DNA of 64,000 nucleotides from an uncultured Acidobacteriota bacterium (GTDB lineage Bacteria; Acidobacteriota; Thermoanaerobaculia; Multivoradales; SZUA-115): NCBI GenBank assembly GCA_963805975.1, contig CAWDVR010000003.1, positions 352,001 to 416,000 of the forward strand, read 5' to 3'. Shown piece by piece: positions 62,632 to 64,000 of this stretch (position 1 is its first letter; each line of letters starts with the position of its first letter). The notes under the pieces were generated by a model. It saw only the letters and a program-made list of their open reading frames with translations, ran no database searches and was not told where the DNA came from. The position numbers and the translations under genes were made by a program.

Positions 62632-64000
62632 CTACTGCACACCGAGCACTGAGCGCCCAGTGTAGAACAAGCCTGCGATGCAGGCGATCATGAACGTGGC
62701 GAGCGCGCCGCCGACCATCGCTTTGAACCCCAGCCGGGCGAGCTCGTGGCGGCGGCTGGGAGCGAGCGGCGCGATGCCGCCGATCTGGATGCCGATCGAG
62801 GCGAAGTTCGAGAAGCCGCAGAGGGCGTAGGTGAGGATCACGATCGAGCGCGGGTCGAGGCCCGGGACCTCTCCCCGCGCCGCCGCGCTCAGGTAGTTCG
62901 CGAAGTCGAGGTAGGCCACGAACTCGGTCAGGATCAGCTTCTCGCCCAGGAAGCGGCCCACCGCCAGGCAATCCTCGGGCGGCACTCCCATGACGAAGGC
63001 GACCGGCCAGTGGAGCCAGCCGAGGAGCCCCTGGAGCGAGAGCGTGGTGCCGGGCGCGAGCGGCCCCAGGGCCAGGTAGGCCACGTCGGCCGCGAGGGCG
63101 ATGCCGAGGAGAGTGCCCCAGGCCTTGCGCCCGTAGGCCTGCTTGCCCCCGGCCTGGAGGAAGAGCGGCAGCCAGGCGGCAAAGCCGATGAGCCCCACCG
63201 CGCCCGCCGCTCCCGGCACCACGAACCGCAGCCCGACGTAGAGGCCGAGGAGCACGGCGAGCGCGGCCCAGGCGAAGTTCTCGGACGGCGGCCCGCGCCG
63301 CTCCCACCACAGGAGCGAGAGGATGGCCGCGGCCATCGCGAGGTTGAAGCGGGCGAACCCTCCCAGGTCCTGGAAAAAGCCGCCGAGCCAGGAGACGCCC
63401 AGGTTGGCCAGCGCGATCATGGCGACGAAGGAGATCAGCATCGCCCCGACGTTGATCGCGAGCTGCCAGCCCACCGTGGTGCCGTTGGCGGCGGCGTCCA
63501 GCAGGTTGGCGTCCTCGATCGGCACGTCCATCTTGACCTCGCCGCGGGTCAGGGGCTCCTCGCGCTCCGGGACCAGGATCTTGGCGAAGATGAACGCCGC
63601 CGGTGCCGAGAGCAGCGAGGCCGAGATCAGGTGCGAGGCGATGTTGGGGAAGTAGCCGGAGAGCATCAGGATGTAGGCGCCGAGCACGCCGCCGGCGGTG
63701 TTGGCCATGCCGCCGGCCATGATCGCCATCAGCTCGGAGCGCGTCATCCGCTCGAGGTAGGGCCGCACCACCAGCGGCGCCTCGGTCTGCCCGACGAAGA
63801 TGTTCGCCGAGTTCGACAGCGCCTCGGCGCCGGAGACGCGCATGGTGTACGCCATGATCTTGGCGAAGAGCAGCACCACCTTCTGCATCACGCCCAGGTA
63901 GTAGAGGACGGAGAGCAGGGCGGAGAAGAAGATGATCGTGGTCAGCACCTGGAAGGCGAAGAAGAAGCCCGGCACCGTGCCGGTCTGGATCGCCGTCTGG
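62632..64000 (-). CDS. nupC: Concentrative nucleoside transporter (NupC/CNT), 5' end outside the window, with extra TM insertion
   Basis: FAFQVL.TIIFFSAL, ANIFVGQTEAPL, KLILTEFVAY, YALCGFSNFASIGIQIGG. Confidence 0.95.
   Translation of the reverse strand, partial: QTAIQTGTVPGFFFAFQVLTTIIFFSALLSVLYYLGVMQKVVLLFAKIMAYTMRVSGAEALSNSANIFVGQTEAPLVVRPYLERMTRSELMAIMAGGMANTAGGVLGAYILMLSGYFPNIASHLISASLLSAPAAFIFAKILVPEREEPLTRGEVKMDVPIEDANLLDAAANGTTVGWQLAINVGAMLISFVAMIALANLGVSWLGGFFQDLGGFARFNLAMAAAILSLLWWERRGPPSENFAWAALAVLLGLYVGLRFVVPGAAGAVGLIGFAAWLPLFLQAGGKQAYGRKAWGTLLGIALAADVAYLALGPLAPGTTLSLQGLLGWLHWPVAFVMGVPPEDCLAVGRFLGEKLILTEFVAYLDFANYLSAAARGEVPGLDPRSIVILTYALCGFSNFASIGIQIGGIAPLAPSRRHELARLGFKAMVGGALATFMIACIAGLFYTGRSVLGVQ

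Overview
Very GC-rich bacterial chromosomal DNA (roughly 70% GC by eye), almost fully coding, with about 50 genes. The gene content points to Acidobacteriota, most likely Thermoanaerobaculia; this is an inference from two orphan duplicated MacB/FtsX 'ADOP' permeases, a TonB-TPR protein, TPR paralogues, futalosine-pathway MqnD and 'FxDGFE'-tailed secreted proteins. No rRNA, tRNA, CRISPR array, integrase or transposase was seen. Housekeeping and metabolic genes (MoxR/DUF58, a PilT pair, an aconitase-family fusion, LsrF, a FadL-like barrel, MqnD, M32 and S9 peptidases, GGT, PPK2, RluA, NMO, NupC) are interleaved with small lower-GC cassettes (three type II TA pairs, AAA-DUF4143, two orphans) and several gene scars. 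Main points of interest: (1) three unrelated secreted proteins share an exactly 19-residue C-terminal tail, [IL]FxDGFE[ST]G[DN]TxxWxxxV[PQ], a candidate uncharacterised sorting or docking signal; (2) an HExxH metalloprotease ends in a small OmpA-sized beta-barrel; (3) a rhombosortase sits beside its GlyGly-CTERM lipoprotein, so three C-terminal anchoring strategies appear to co-occur; (4) a modular ORF joins a 'LAPH...VQAK' leader to a lower-GC payload and resembles a polymorphic effector; (5) a PilT carries an MshEN-like N-domain. All family calls are by eye from motifs; no database search was run.
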